64,000 nt of DNA from positions 74,836,001 to 74,900,000 of the forward strand of contig NC_086108.1 of NCBI RefSeq assembly GCF_963921235.1, written 5' to 3'. The stretch comes from Mobula hypostoma (taxonomy: Eukaryota). The position numbers were made by a program, and so were the translations under genes. Each line of letters starts with the position of its first letter. Position 1 is the first letter of the stretch. The notes below the pieces were generated by a model, which saw nothing but the letters and a program-made list of their open reading frames with translations, had not been told where the DNA came from and did not search any database. Shown one piece after another: positions 1-12,057 of this stretch.

Positions 1-715
1 GTTCAATCTAAATCTGAGCCTGGATCTGTCAGTCTGGTGAATTTGCCTCTTTAAAAATGTTATGCAGATTGACAAAACAAAGTGAAAAATACCAAAAACA
101 ATGTGGCAGAAATTGATGGGAATTGTGCTCAATTTTTGAGTAAAGTCACAGCTGTAAAACACACTGGTTTACCACCGGGGCAGCTGGTGCCTGATATGTG
201 TTATATATGTGCTGTCTTTGCTCTATGGAGTCTTAAGTCAGAAGCTTCTTCATTGCTTATTGTCAACTCCAAAACTTTTACCACTGTTGGATGGTGTTTG
301 TCAGGATTAACACCACATTCACAGAGCAACTGCCAGCAGGAGGTTCATATTGAGGAGAAGTGGATCAGGTTGTGCCTTTTTTCAACTGAAGACTGAAAGG
401 AAAGATACCCTCAACTTTGGAGTTGCTGGAACCAAGAAAAGGAGATTTCTGAAAATTATGATGCCTATAAAAGAAGATGCTGAGAATGCATAGCAAATGC
501 AAAATTTCAGCAGAGTCACTATATCGTGAAGTTTGTCAGTAATCTTTCTCTGCACTGCATTTGTTACTGGTACAGTACACCTAAAAGTTTAATTGAATTT
601 GCTGTCCTCAGCTAATGCAGTCTATGTTTCATATCCAAGTAAAATAGTACATTATACAGAGCAAAGATTATCAGTGCTGATTTTTAAACTGTATTCTGAA
701 TTAGTTAAGAAAACA

Positions 716-960
716 GCAAGCTGGGTTCAAATTCGCTGATCTCTGTAAGGAGAGTCTGCATTCTCTCCATGACTGTACGGATTTCCCCGGGTCCTCCGGT
801 TTCCTCCCATATTCCAAAGTCGTACAGGTTGGTAGGTTAATTGGACATGGGTGTAACTGAGCAGAAGAGTCTGTTACTCTACCTCTAAGCAAATTTACAA
901 ACAAACAAATAAATAAATAAACAAACAGATATATTTATAGATAGAATGATAAATAAATAA
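716..960 (+). mobile_element. V-SINE (HE1-like), 5'-truncated, with (ACAA/ATAA)n tail
   Basis: B-box-like GGGTTCAAATTC at ~723, V-domain motif CCCCGGGTCCTCCGGTTTCCTCCCATATTCCAAAG at ~785-820, A-rich tetranucleotide tail at ~895-960. Confidence 0.75.
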
Positions 961-1683
961 AACTCTCTATGCTTCACTAACTTTTCAGGGAAACTCAGGA
1001 TGGGCAGTAGATTCTGACTTTGGCAACACCACCCAAATCTTAAAAGCAAATTAAATTGAATTTTGTGTTCACTGATTCCCAGCTGCAGAAATGCTCACAG
1101 CATTTTGCTCGATTAACTCTTAAGTCTGACATGCCTTAGGTGCATTTTGTGTTCAAATGCAGGAAAATTGGAGCTGCAGTTCTACTCCTCATGATAAATT
1201 TTATAAGCTTGTGGGGGCCACAATGTACAGGGATATTCGAGATTGTTGGAGTGGAAATACAGCACAGAAGACTCCCATCTCAAACTTTCTCATCTTAATC
1301 TATAAACTTTAATACAAATGAGTTTCCTATTATTGGTGGAAATTCAAACATATGGCAATATATTTCCAAGTGAAATACGGTAATGATGATTTCCTGCTTG
1401 TCTCTCATCAAACCAGAGGTTTTGGTCATGTGTCATCTTGATCCGCTGATGTGACTTGACATCAGAGGCACACAGTTTTCCCCCGTGTAACACTCTTTTT
1501 CATCCATTGTGACCAAGCTTGGGCACTCCACGGGTAGCCTGGGTTTTCCCAGTTTAGCATTGCATGTGACATTATCACTTAATCCTTTATTTATTGTTCT
1601 GTCAAGAGGACAGCCATCACAGACTGTATTAATTCCCTCTCACTTCAGCATTCCTTGTCTTTTGATTCCCTTTTCCTGCACTC

Positions 1684-2648
1684 ACAAGATCACAAGACAA
1701 AGGAGCAGAAGTAGGCCATTCGGCCCATCGAGTCTGCTCCGCCACTCCACCATGAGCTAAACTATTCTCCCATCTAGTTCCAATTTCCGTTTTTTTCCCC
1801 ATATCCCTTGATACCCTGACTAATTAGATACCTATAAATCTCCTCCTTAAACATCCTCAATGTTCGGGCCTCCACAGCTGTACGTGGCAACGAATTCCAT
1901 AAATCCACGACCCTCTGGCTAAAAAAATTTCTCCTAATCTCTGTTTTAAATGGGTACCCTCTAATTCTAAGATTGTGGCCTCTTGTCCTGGACTCACCCA
2001 CCCAAGGGAAACAGCCTTTCCACATCTACTCTGTCCAACCCTTTCAACATTCAAAATGTTTCTATGTGATCCTCACTCATTCTTCTATACGCTAATGAAT
2101 ACAGTCCAAGAGCCGACAAACGGTCCTCATATGTTAGCCCCTGCATTCCAGGAATCATCGTCGTAAATCTTCTCTGAACTCTCTCCAACATCAGAACATC
2201 CCTTCTAAGATAGGGGGCCCAAAACTGCCCACAGTATTCCAAATAAGGTCTCACCAGTACCCCATAGAGCCTCATCAACACCTCCTTACTCTTATACACT
2301 ATTCCTCTTGAAATGAATGCCAACATAGCATTCGCTTTCCTTATTGCCGATCCAACCTGGTGGTTAACCTTTAGGGTATCCTGCACGAGGACCCCCAAGT
2401 CCCTTTGCACTTCCGATTTTTGAATTTTCTCCCCATCTAAATAATAATCTGCCTGATTATTTCTTCTTCCAAAATGTACAACTGTACATTTCTCAACATT
2501 GTATCTCATCTGCCATTTCTTTGCCCACTCTCCTAAACTTACCAAGTCTCTCTGCAACCTTTCCGTTTCTTCAACACTTCTTGCTCCTCCACCTATCTTG
2601 GTGTAATCCGCAAATTTAACCACAAAACCATTTAATCCATCATCTAAA
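1684..2648 (-). mobile_element. CR1 LINE, 5'-truncated (RT C-terminal half + 3' UTR)
   Basis: ORF 2051-2728(-) reads FVVKFADYTKIGG...LQRDL...WQMRYNVEKC...RDLGV...RPYLEYCGQFWAP. ORF 1774-2025(-) reads SRTRGHNLRI...RRNFFSQRVVDLWNSLP. CR1 3' terminus at ~1684-1740. Confidence 0.93.
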
Positions 2649-2917
2649 TGCACAGCAGCAGCTAAATGGTCCAGAGTCCACTCATAATCCTCCAAAGGAG
2701 AAGTCCTAATTCCCCATAGTCCAACCACAGCAGGTAGGCCACTGGAATCTCATTCTATCTCCAAAATAACCTATTTTGCACTTGAGCGGTCTCAGGAGAA
2801 ATCAGTTATAGCCGTACTGTAGAATCATGCAGTGCAAAACCAAGCCCTTTAGCCCACCATCTCTATGTCGCCCTTACCCCTTTCTACACTAATCCCAATT
2901 ACCCACATTAATTTGTG

Positions 2918-3111
2918 TCACAGTCACAAGAACATTAGCAGATGCTGGAAATCCAAAGCAACACCCACAAAATATGGGAGGAACTCAGCAGGTCAGGCAG
3001 CACCTATGGAAAAGAGTCAACAGGTGACGTCTCGGCCTGAAACATTGACTGTTTCCTCTCTTCCACAATTGGTTCCTGACCTGCTGCGTTTCTCCAGCAT
3101 TTTGTGTGTGT
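2918..3111. mobile_element. Palindromic Penelope-terminus mini-element
   Basis: Two inverted copies of the terminus (GGAGGAACTCAGCAGGTCAGG / CCTGACCTGCTGCGTTTCTCC). Perfect 14-bp TSD CACATTAATTTGTG at 2904-2917 and 3112-3125. Confidence 0.8.
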
Positions 3112-3184
3112 CACATTAATTTGTGCTTCACACTACCACGTCCGCGCTCTTTTCACATTTGCCGAGTCCGTTTCTGGTCAGCCG

Positions 3185-4110
3185 GCTCTCCTGCTTCACA
3201 CTGAGACTGATTACTGTTGCATATTCCTTGATCAGTTGCCCCTTCCATTCCTGCTCCTGGTTCATTAAACCACTGCCCTTTCACATCTGCTTGATCTCCA
3301 CCCTGCCTTCTCCCTCTCACACCTGTATGAGGCCCTGCCAGGTCTAATCCTCCCAAAACTGGCAGAGCTTCATTCTGCCTTCTCCCTTTCAAGTCTGCAT
3401 AAGCTCCAGTCTGACGTCTTCCTCCCACGTCCACCTGAGCTTCACCATGCCGGGTTGGATTCCAATTTGCCATTCCCACTCTGGACCATTTGGCTGCTGC
3501 TGTGCTTTCTCCAGCACCCGGGATACCTGTGACCTTGAAGTTCACTCACACTTTGCTCTACCTTCTCAAACTGTTCCTGCCTCACCCTACATGATGTGCT
3601 GGCTCATCACCCTACATCTCTTCATCTTCTGTGGTCCACCTGCAGTCACCCTGCTCTCCCAGTGACCAGTTACTACTGTGCCTTTGCTGATTAGTTGCCC
3701 CTTGGCATCCCTGTTGCTAGTGTACCCTACACTATTTGCCAGGCCATCAGCTTCTCAGGTCCACTGAGCTTTACTCTGCCCTCTCCCTTTCACATTTACT
3801 GGAGCTCCACTTGCCTGTCCATTCCTAGTTTCCCAGTTCCACTACAGGGCATCCTCTTACCTGCTGCACTCACTCGTCACCCTGTACCCTTTCAGCTTCT
3901 GCAGTCGCTTGGCTATCCCTGTGGCCTATAACTGTTACTTAGTTGCCTCTTTGCTCTGACCATCCCACCTCCTGGTTCACCCTTCGTTTACAGCTAAGCC
4001 GCCACACTTTCAGGTCCATTTGAGATGAACCCTGCCTGGTCTACATTCTGTTTGCTGTCACCCTGATCTCCCTGTGACCTATTACTGTTGCATAGTCACT
4101 GAGACTTTCC
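3185..4110. repeat. Degenerate pyrimidine-rich internally repetitive tract
   Basis: Recurring motifs GTCACCCTGNTCTCCC...TTACTGTTGCATA...AGTTGCCCCTT and CAGGTCCA near 3200, 3645, 3905 and 4057. Confidence 0.5.
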
Positions 4111-4769
4111 GGAGGCTCCCTACATCTATTGTGACAATATTTTGAAACGCATGATCCCATGATCTCACTACCTGCTGAAATTCATGTTGAAAATCATTGA
4201 ATCCCACCTATACTTACCTTCATTCCATGATCGCTGATCAAATTCTTCTTCAAAACCGTAACAATCTACCTCCACATCCATCAGAGGAAAGGTCTATCCC
4301 CCTGCTGTCTTATCGCCTCAAAATATCTGGTATCTCTTTCCTTTCCCGCTCCCACCCATTTACCATAATAGCAGCTTCTGTGTTTCTCCCCATCCCCTGA
4401 CCAGTAGAGTGTAGAGTTCCAATGCTATGACCTCCCTACCCCACCACCCACAACACATAAATTCAAACCTATAGCCACTGACTGATTATCTTCCTTGAAT
4501 ATAGTCTCAAAATGGAATCCAGGATGGCAAACTTTCAATCAAGAACATGTGAAATGTTAGTTCAGTAATGTTGGAATCAATGTCCAATGAACACAACTCT
4601 GCAGGAACAATGGCCTACTGTGTATGCTAAAATTGCCCCAAAAATAAGGTTGGGAATTTTGTATCAATGCATGTAGATGACATCAGTAATAACATGGCTG
4701 AGAGAAATGACTGAACTTTTAGGGATGAATTACATGAAGTAATTGAATCACAGGGAGTCAATATATGCA

Positions 4770-6780
4770 GGATCATAGACCATATGACCATAAGACATAG
4801 GAGCAAAATTAGGCTATTCAGCACATTAGGTCTACTCTGCTGATCATGGGTGATAAATATTTCCTCTCAACCCCATCAACTTGTCTTCTCCCCATAACCT
4901 TTGAAGCCCTTACTAATCAAGAACCTATCAACCTCAACTTTAAATATACCCAGTACCTTAATCTCCACAGCCATGTTGGCAATAAATTCCACAGATTCGC
5001 CATCCTCTGGCCAAAGAAGTTCCTCCCTATCTCTGTTCTAAAGTGAAGTCGTCCTATGCTGAGGATATGCTCTCTGGTCCTAGACTCTGCTACTATTGGA
5101 AATATCCTCTCCAGGTTATGAGGCCTTTCATTATTTGTTAGGTTTCAATGAGATCCCCCTCATTCTTCTAAACTCCACCGAGTACAGGCCCAACATCAAC
5201 AAATGCTCCTCATACACTAACCCTTTCATTCTTAGGATCATTCATGTAAATCTTCTTTGGATTTCAAACCCAGTACATTCTTTCCTAGATACAGGGCCCA
5301 AAATTGCTCACAGTACCCCAAGTGTGGCCTGACAAATGCTTTATGAAGACTCAGCATTACGTCCTTGATTTTATATTCACACCCTCTCAAAGTGAATGTT
5401 AACATTGCATTTGCCTTCCTTACTACTGAGTCAACCTGCAAGTTAACTTTTGGGGAACCCTGCACTAGGGCTCCCAAATCCTGATGCATGTCCAATTTCT
5501 GAATTCCCTCCCCATTTAGAACATAGTTTACACCTTTATTCTTTCTATCAAAGTGCATGGCCATACACTTCCCTACAGTGTATTCCATCTGCCATTTCTT
5601 TGCCCGTTCTCCTAATCGGTCCAATTCCTTCCACAGACTACTTGCCTCCTCAATACTATTTGCCTCTCCACCTATCTTTGTATTGTGACGAAAGAGGGTT
5701 ACAAAAGTACACATAGACTAAGATGTTAACTGTCCTGTGCTAGCACCAGTGGGATCAACAGTTGATCTGCCACCTGTCTTCAGGAGAGAGAGATAAGTAA
5801 GACAATGGAGCAGCATTTGGAAATGTTAATGAAGAGACGAGAGAGTTTAACGGAAGGAGACACCGGTCTGAGTATTGTCAAGACCGGCTCCTTTTGAACC
5901 CTGAACTGTTTGAAGTGTGATGGACAGCGATACCCCAGCAGGGGGATAAAAAGGGGCAGGTTCGCTAAGACACACGACACCACGAGGTGACGAGACCCTG
6001 GAAGTGGTGCGCCCCCACAAGTCGGTGGGAGTTTTGGAGGTCTGGTCGCGGGACCAGCCATAGACGCACAGGGTGGAAAGATACAGTCGGCGGGAACCTG
6101 GTGTGTGTCCGCCCTTGCCTGGGTGCCGGGTTCACCGCTGAAGAACGATCGTGTCTGGAACGGTGGGGTCACAGTCGGTGACCTCAGAAGACATTACCAA
6201 GGACTCGCCCGAAAGCTAACTGCGAGGAATATCGAAGGTCTGTGTGGAATTCGTTTTGAATATTCATTTGCTTTCGCTCTCTCTCCTTTTCCCCGCCCAA
6301 CGGCACAACAGTGATTACTGCGAACTGAACTGAACTCAATTGAACTGAACTTTGCGTCACTTGAAACTGGTCATTTACCCCTAGACTGCGATAGAGCTTG
6401 ATTGATCCTATTATCCTAGTTCTGTGTACATGTGTGTTTACTCATTGCTAATATTATTTTGCATTTATATCCTTACTATTAGAGTACTGTGTTGCTTATT
6501 TCTTTAATAAAACTTTCTTAGTTCCAGTAATCCAGACTCCAACTGAGTGGTCCATTTCTGCTGGTTTGGCAACCCAGTTACGGGGTACGTAACAGTATCA
6601 TCCACAAACTTGACCACAAAGCCATCAATTCTGTCATCCAGATAAAACATATATCATGAAAATTAGCAGATACAACACTACCATGGAACACTACTCTTCA
6701 CTGGCTTCCTTTATTCCAAACCTTTGCTTTCTGCAGGTCAGCCAGTTTCCTGTTATTGTTGGTATCTTTCCTGTAATATT
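4770..6780 (-). mobile_element. CR1 LINE, 5'-truncated, split by a solo LTR at 5684-6594
   Basis: ORF 5238-5714(-) reads TKIGGEANSIEE...WQMEYTVGKC...RPHLGYCEQFWA. Sequence after 6598 continues the RT (DGFVVKFVDD on the minus strand). CR1 3' tail at ~4775-4830. Confidence 0.9.
5684..6594 (+). mobile_element. Solo LTR (911 bp)
   Basis: TG...CA ends with near-inverted termini TGTGACG/CGTAACA. Perfect 4-bp TSD GTAT (5680-5683, 6595-6598). TATA-like GATAAAA at ~5945 and AATAAA at ~6506. Removing it restores the CR1. Confidence 0.9.
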
Positions 6781-9344
6781 AATAATACTAATAACTTCTC
6801 TAAACTAATAGCAAATCAGTCAAACTTTTGAAGATAGTAGTGAAACTAAAGCTCCCGTATTGGGTATCTAATGTACTCCTAACAACAGATATTCCAATTC
6901 AAATAAATGTTGTCCTAGTCAACTTTTTCTACTTCAATTATTAAACAATGCTGTCTAAAGATGCCAAGGTTAGCAGAGTATAAGTATTTCTAAGACCATG
7001 ACTTTCCTTGCTACTTATATTCTCTTTTAATGTCCATTAATGTTTCAAAAATTCTGTTTTTACCAGTACACTTTTTCCAAATTTTTATATCCTGAGACTT
7101 GCTCCTTTGAAAGTTATTTTTGTCCTGGGGTTGAACACAGATCCTCTGGGATTCTGCTTTGTTTAGATTGGGTGTTTGAGTTTTGTTTTCAATCTTCCAT
7201 GCAGTCCAATATCAGCAGAGATGTCACGGGAATTTCACATCATCCCAGAAAATCCTGTTTTGCACTCGAGAAGCCTCTGGGGAAATTATACCAGTCAAAG
7301 CTTTTTGAGGGCTCCATTCCCCAGCACAATGATTCTTTGAAAGGCAGACCACACTGTTAAAACTGACACTGCCAATAGGACATTAAGGATGGCATAATAT
7401 GACCTTTCTCTCCATCTCCAAGTGATGTAATTCAGCCTATTCCCAAAATATTGGACAGAGTGACCAATCTCAGGCAAGTATGGGTGTAGTTTCACTCTGT
7501 TGAATTTGTTGCAAATTTGAGCACTCAGGTGACTTGGCTATAGGAAAGGATAATTCTATCATTTAAACCTCACCTCCTGCAAACCTTCATACTTTATAAC
7601 AAGATTTGTTCTATAGAAACTTCCTGATTTCATGATTTCATGACTTTGCTTCCACAATGGCTTGTGGAATACTCAATGCTAGAGTCACTAGCTTGTTTCG
7701 GGTATCAAACTTGCTTAAAGTAGACATGGGTGACTCCAAGTAAACTGACTTAAAATCGACGTATGAAGGAGTTGTATTCCTGTACCCTCCCCCATGACTA
7801 AATCGTGTTTACAACACTGTCTTGATAAGAAGGAGCTGTCATACATAGGGATGATTTTTTTTGTTATTGCTGCCATACATTCTTTTGTCCTGAAAACTGT
7901 ACCATTAATCATTCATATCACCCACTGGCACATAACATGCTCTTTGGAATTTGTTTGAAGGCTATTTACAATAGATGAGAGACTGCTAACTTCAGTAGTG
8001 TGCGTTGTTATGGCTGGGCCATGTCCACAGTAATGTCTAAGAGTAATCTACCTGATAAGGTCCACTTTGCCCCTCTTCTTGTGTACTGATTCTGACTTCT
8101 ACTAACATACTTCAAATAAAGCTAAATCTTAAAACTAATTACTTTAGTGACAATTTATCAGTGCCTAAAGTTTTGAATTGCTTAGCCAAAAAAAAAAATA
8201 TATTTTAAGTAGGATTTAATGAATTTATTGAAAAATATATTGATGAGAAATATCCATGCCCTACTGACCAAACAGGCTCATTGAAACATTTACCTTTTGC
8301 TCCTCTCTTGTAAAACCCCAACAGATGTTCTGCTTCTAATTGTACCACGTACCTAGCAATACGGCAAGCCTGGTATAAAGTTTTTAACAATGAAATATTA
8401 CTTGAAGAGTTGCTCAGGGTTATTCAGGTGCCAAGTAGTATTCATTCTATTTGCCAGTAGAGGGGATGGATTCAGTGAAAATAGAAGTATTAAAACTGTG
8501 CTAATATTGATAAATCACATTTTGACTAATAGTAATGCAACAGAACGGGGATAAAAAGGGGGTAACTGTTGATTATTTCCATTAGCTCTGGAGAACATAA
8601 TTGTTTTAAATAGGTAAAAATAATTGTTTTATTCTATACTTTCCCACATTGTAGTTGGGCAACCCTACAAAACTCCAATCATATTGTTGCCTCATAACTA
8701 AAATCGTGTGCAGAAATACACTAAGGAAGGCAGCGGTATCAGAATTGCATAACGAGATGATCTGCACGAGACTACATTCGGAGAATGGGAAAGAGGATAA
8801 TATACATGCATGCACACACTCTTTGGTGCATTGTTGGAGAACAGCATATGAACCAAAGTTCCCTACTTGCTTGAGAAACATCTTACCTGTTCGGAGTATA
8901 AAAGGCTTCATATTGAGAATGATTTGAACCAAGATAAAGTACAGATTGCATCCTGAAAAATAAGTGTCTGGGAGCTGGAATGCATTGCACCATGGTTTTT
9001 AGTTACAGCATCATTCACTTCCATTGAAATACCATTGTTTAAGGAATTTCAGAGATTTACTGTGAGTTGCACGATCTTACTTCCACCTCCTCCTTGCATC
9101 TACTCCACTAAGGTGCACACAGGGGTGTTCGTACTCAGACGTTTCCAACTCCACGTCTGGGTATGCAAACTGGATAGCACTCTGAAGATTTTGGATCACA
9201 TTTGCAATCACGTTTGCTAAAATGAGACAGGGGTGAAGCAGATACAGCTGTTACCTTATAGGTTCTGCAATCTGGCGAGTACAACTAAATCCTGGGGGGG
9301 AGTGGTTTACAACTTGAAATTGGCAACACTGTTAAACAGGGTGG

Positions 9345-10200
9345 GGAAGAAGAAATAGGGCATGTTTGCTTTCATTAGCTGAGGCACTGAGTACAATTGG
9401 GATGTCATGTACAGTTCTGGTGACAATGCTATAGGAAGGATGTGATTAAGCTAGAGAGGATGCTTAAAATACTCAGATGTCTGGACTAGAGGGCTTGAAT
9501 TATGAGCAGAATTTGGATAGGCTGGGCAACACACACACACACACACAATGCTGGAGGAATTCAGCAGGCCAGGCAGCATCTAGAGTACAGTAAACATTTC
9601 AGGACGAAGCTAAGGAGATTTCCCTGGAGCTAAGGAGATTGAGGGGTGATCTTACATAGTTTTATAAATTTTAAGTCAAGTTTATTGTCATTTAGCTCTA
9701 TATATGTAAGCCGTCAAATGAGACAATGTTTCTCTGAACCAGGGTGTAAAGCACTGTAGTGTACATAACACATATTAACTTATGGATGTAATGATGAAAT
9801 CTACAGATAGCTTACACATAAAAAAAACTAAAGTGCATAAATTAAATATTATAAAATATGGAACAGATTAGCCAGTGACACTTTGAATGTGATGCGGTTA
9901 ACCAGTGACATTTTGAGTACAATGTGGGATTATGCAGAACTTTGATAGGGTAGATAGTTACAGTATCTTTCCCAGGGTAAGAGGGTTTAAAGCTAGAGAA
10001 TATAGTTTAAAGGTGAGAGAGGAAAGATTTAAAGGGGATCTAAGGGGCAATTTTTACAACACAGAGGATGATTGGTATATGAAACAAGCTGATAGAAGCA
10101 GATTACAACATTTAAGAGACATTTTTGACAGGAGCGTAGATAGATAGGCAAATGGAATTAGTGTAGATGGCAGCTTGGTTGCCATAGTTAGCTCTATGAA
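9345..10200 (+). mobile_element. Decayed CR1 3' region interrupted by a Penelope terminus (~9528-9610) and a minus-strand LINE 3' tail (~9672-9930)
   Basis: ORF 9932-10147 reads FDRVDSYSIFPRV...AREYSLKVREERFKGDLRGNF (CR1 C-terminus). ATGCTGGAGGAATTCAGCAGGCCAGGCAGCATC at ~9548. TTTATTGTCA at ~9681. Confidence 0.75.
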
Positions 10201-11599
10201 TCTGTAAGTGATTAATATATATTGTTAACAATTTTAGTCATAACACTGGATCCCTGTCGTATCCCACTCATTTATCTCCACTTTTGTGTAAACTTCAAGG
10301 TTGTTCACACTTTGTATCTGGCCCCTCTCTTCAACCTACTTGTATTCAGAGTTGGCCTTGAAGCAGAAGGTCAAATGCTTTGGCTGGACTATAACACTGG
10401 AGGTATTCAGTATAGGGAATGGAGAATAGCTGATGGTATTTGACTGAAGTTATTATGTAAAGATATGCACAATCTGACAGTGAAATGAAGTATTTCGTTA
10501 TAAATGACTAGAAACTCTACTGGATAAACTGAATTTCTCTGTTCATATGCATTTTCTTAGTGCACTTGTTCCATTTCTAAATAGGATTATAATAAAGACT
10601 TCACATACAAAAGTACAGAATAGGTCTAAGAAAATACCATTTTGAAAATTGATTCACTGTAATCGTGATCTAATTCTTTTACCTAGTTGGAGAAATCTGT
10701 CCTGTAAGTGGTTTATTAACTTTTTAAAAAGCCAACAGATAATGGAATAAAGGATGATTAGTAACAATCCAGCAAAAGTAGATCACATCTGTTTAACAGA
10801 CCATATGAATTATTTTTCAATGTTGGAGTTCATTCATGTCTTAAAGAAGTATCTACAAATGGAACTTTTGTTCAGAATGGTGGAAAGTATTTTGGCTAGA
10901 GGTAATTTTATTTCATGTGGCTTTGAAATACAGCCCAAAAAGCTTCAGAAAGGAATACTCCCAGGTTGCCAGAAAGGAAGTACAGAAGTCCTCCATTAAC
11001 CCTCTTTAATTGAGTTGGAAATATACTTACAAGCAACTTATTATAAAAAAAAAACTCCACTTTTCCTGCTTGGTTTGGTAAACTTGTTTCATATCCTCTT
11101 GGTGCCTAAATGCCAGAATCTAATCAGAGTCATCTTCTCCGTTATTTCTAGCTTGTAGCTATCAAGGAAATTCTCCCTCTTTATGAAAAGCTATTAGCTT
11201 AAAGAAAATCTTTATTGACGACTTGCACAGCTAGTATCACGGTCCCGAGCATTAATTCATCTTATTCTCCTAATTCCCTTTTCCCCGTGTTCTCCTGGGC
11301 TCCTTGATTGTGGCACCTGATTCTCATCTAAACCTGCAACATAAAAACCCCGGCTTTGCATCCACTCGTTGCCAGATCGTTGCTTCAGCCAGTGAGGTAA
11401 TTCATGTTCCCGGCCGCTTAGAATGGTGTATTCTAAGTTTTACTTCAGTACTGAGGTTTACCTGTGTAACAACGTCTCTCCGTGTCAAGACAAGTATTGC
11501 CTGCTGCCTGTCTCCTGTTTGCCATTCAGCTCCAGCAAATCCCTGTGTCAGGAAAAGTTTTGCCTGCCTCCTGCTGTTCCGTTTCTGCGCTGTTTGCCT

Positions 11600-11885
11600 G
11601 TGTCAACCCTGTCTCCTGACTGCTTAGAATTGCGTATTCTAAATTCTGTTCCCAAGCTGATGGCCGGTGTTAACCCTGTCTCTCGGCCGCTAAGAATTGT
11701 CTATTCTGAGTTCTGTTCCCATGCTGTTTGCCAGTGTTAAACCAGTCTCTCGACCGCTTAGAATTGTGTATTCTAAGTTCTGTTCCCGCGCTGTTTGCTG
11801 GTGTTAACCCTGTCTCTCGGCCGCTTAGAATTGTGTATTTGAAGTTTTGTTTCCGCACTGTTTGCCTGTGTTAACTCTGTCTCTC
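11600..11885 (+). repeat. 67-bp tandem repeat, about 4 copies, inside the solo LTR
   Basis: GCTTAGAATTG-type unit starts at 11622, 11689, 11756 and 11823 (exact 67-bp period). A detached partial copy starts at ~11416. Confidence 0.92.
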
Positions 11886-11987
11886 CATGTTAACAGGAGT
11901 ATGGCATGCCGCCCACCGTTCTCCCCCCAGCTACGCTCATCCCTTGTCCACATCTCTGCTCTGCCTTGTCCTGCCGTCCGTCTACAC

Positions 11988-12057
11988 TCTTTGCTGGCTG
12001 AGTGGTTAAATACCGCGTTCTCACTGTAGCGACCTGGTTTTGATTCCCGGTCAAGCC
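11988..12057 (+). pseudogene. Decayed tRNA-Glu(CTC)-like sequence embedded in the LTR
   Basis: TGGCTGAGTGGTTA (A-box/D arm), TTCTCAC anticodon loop with CTC at 12020-12022, GATTCCCGGTCA T-arm 3' side; collinear with vertebrate tRNA-Glu-CTC as recalled. B-box is mutated (GTTTTGATTCC). Confidence 0.65.

Noticed and set aside
82..470. 104-aa ORF or possible exon at the window start
   Set aside because: No recognisable protein, and the minus-strand acceptor candidates I tried lead to stops in all frames.
4213..4310. Perfect minus-strand donor AAG/GTAAGT at ~4218
   Set aside because: No good upstream acceptor gives an open frame; such 9-mers occur by chance in 64 kb.
11600..11885. Regularly spaced repeats resembling a CRISPR array (also 47112-47388)
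   Set aside because: The units are contiguous tandem copies with no unique spacers, lie inside LTRs in vertebrate DNA, and have no cas genes nearby.
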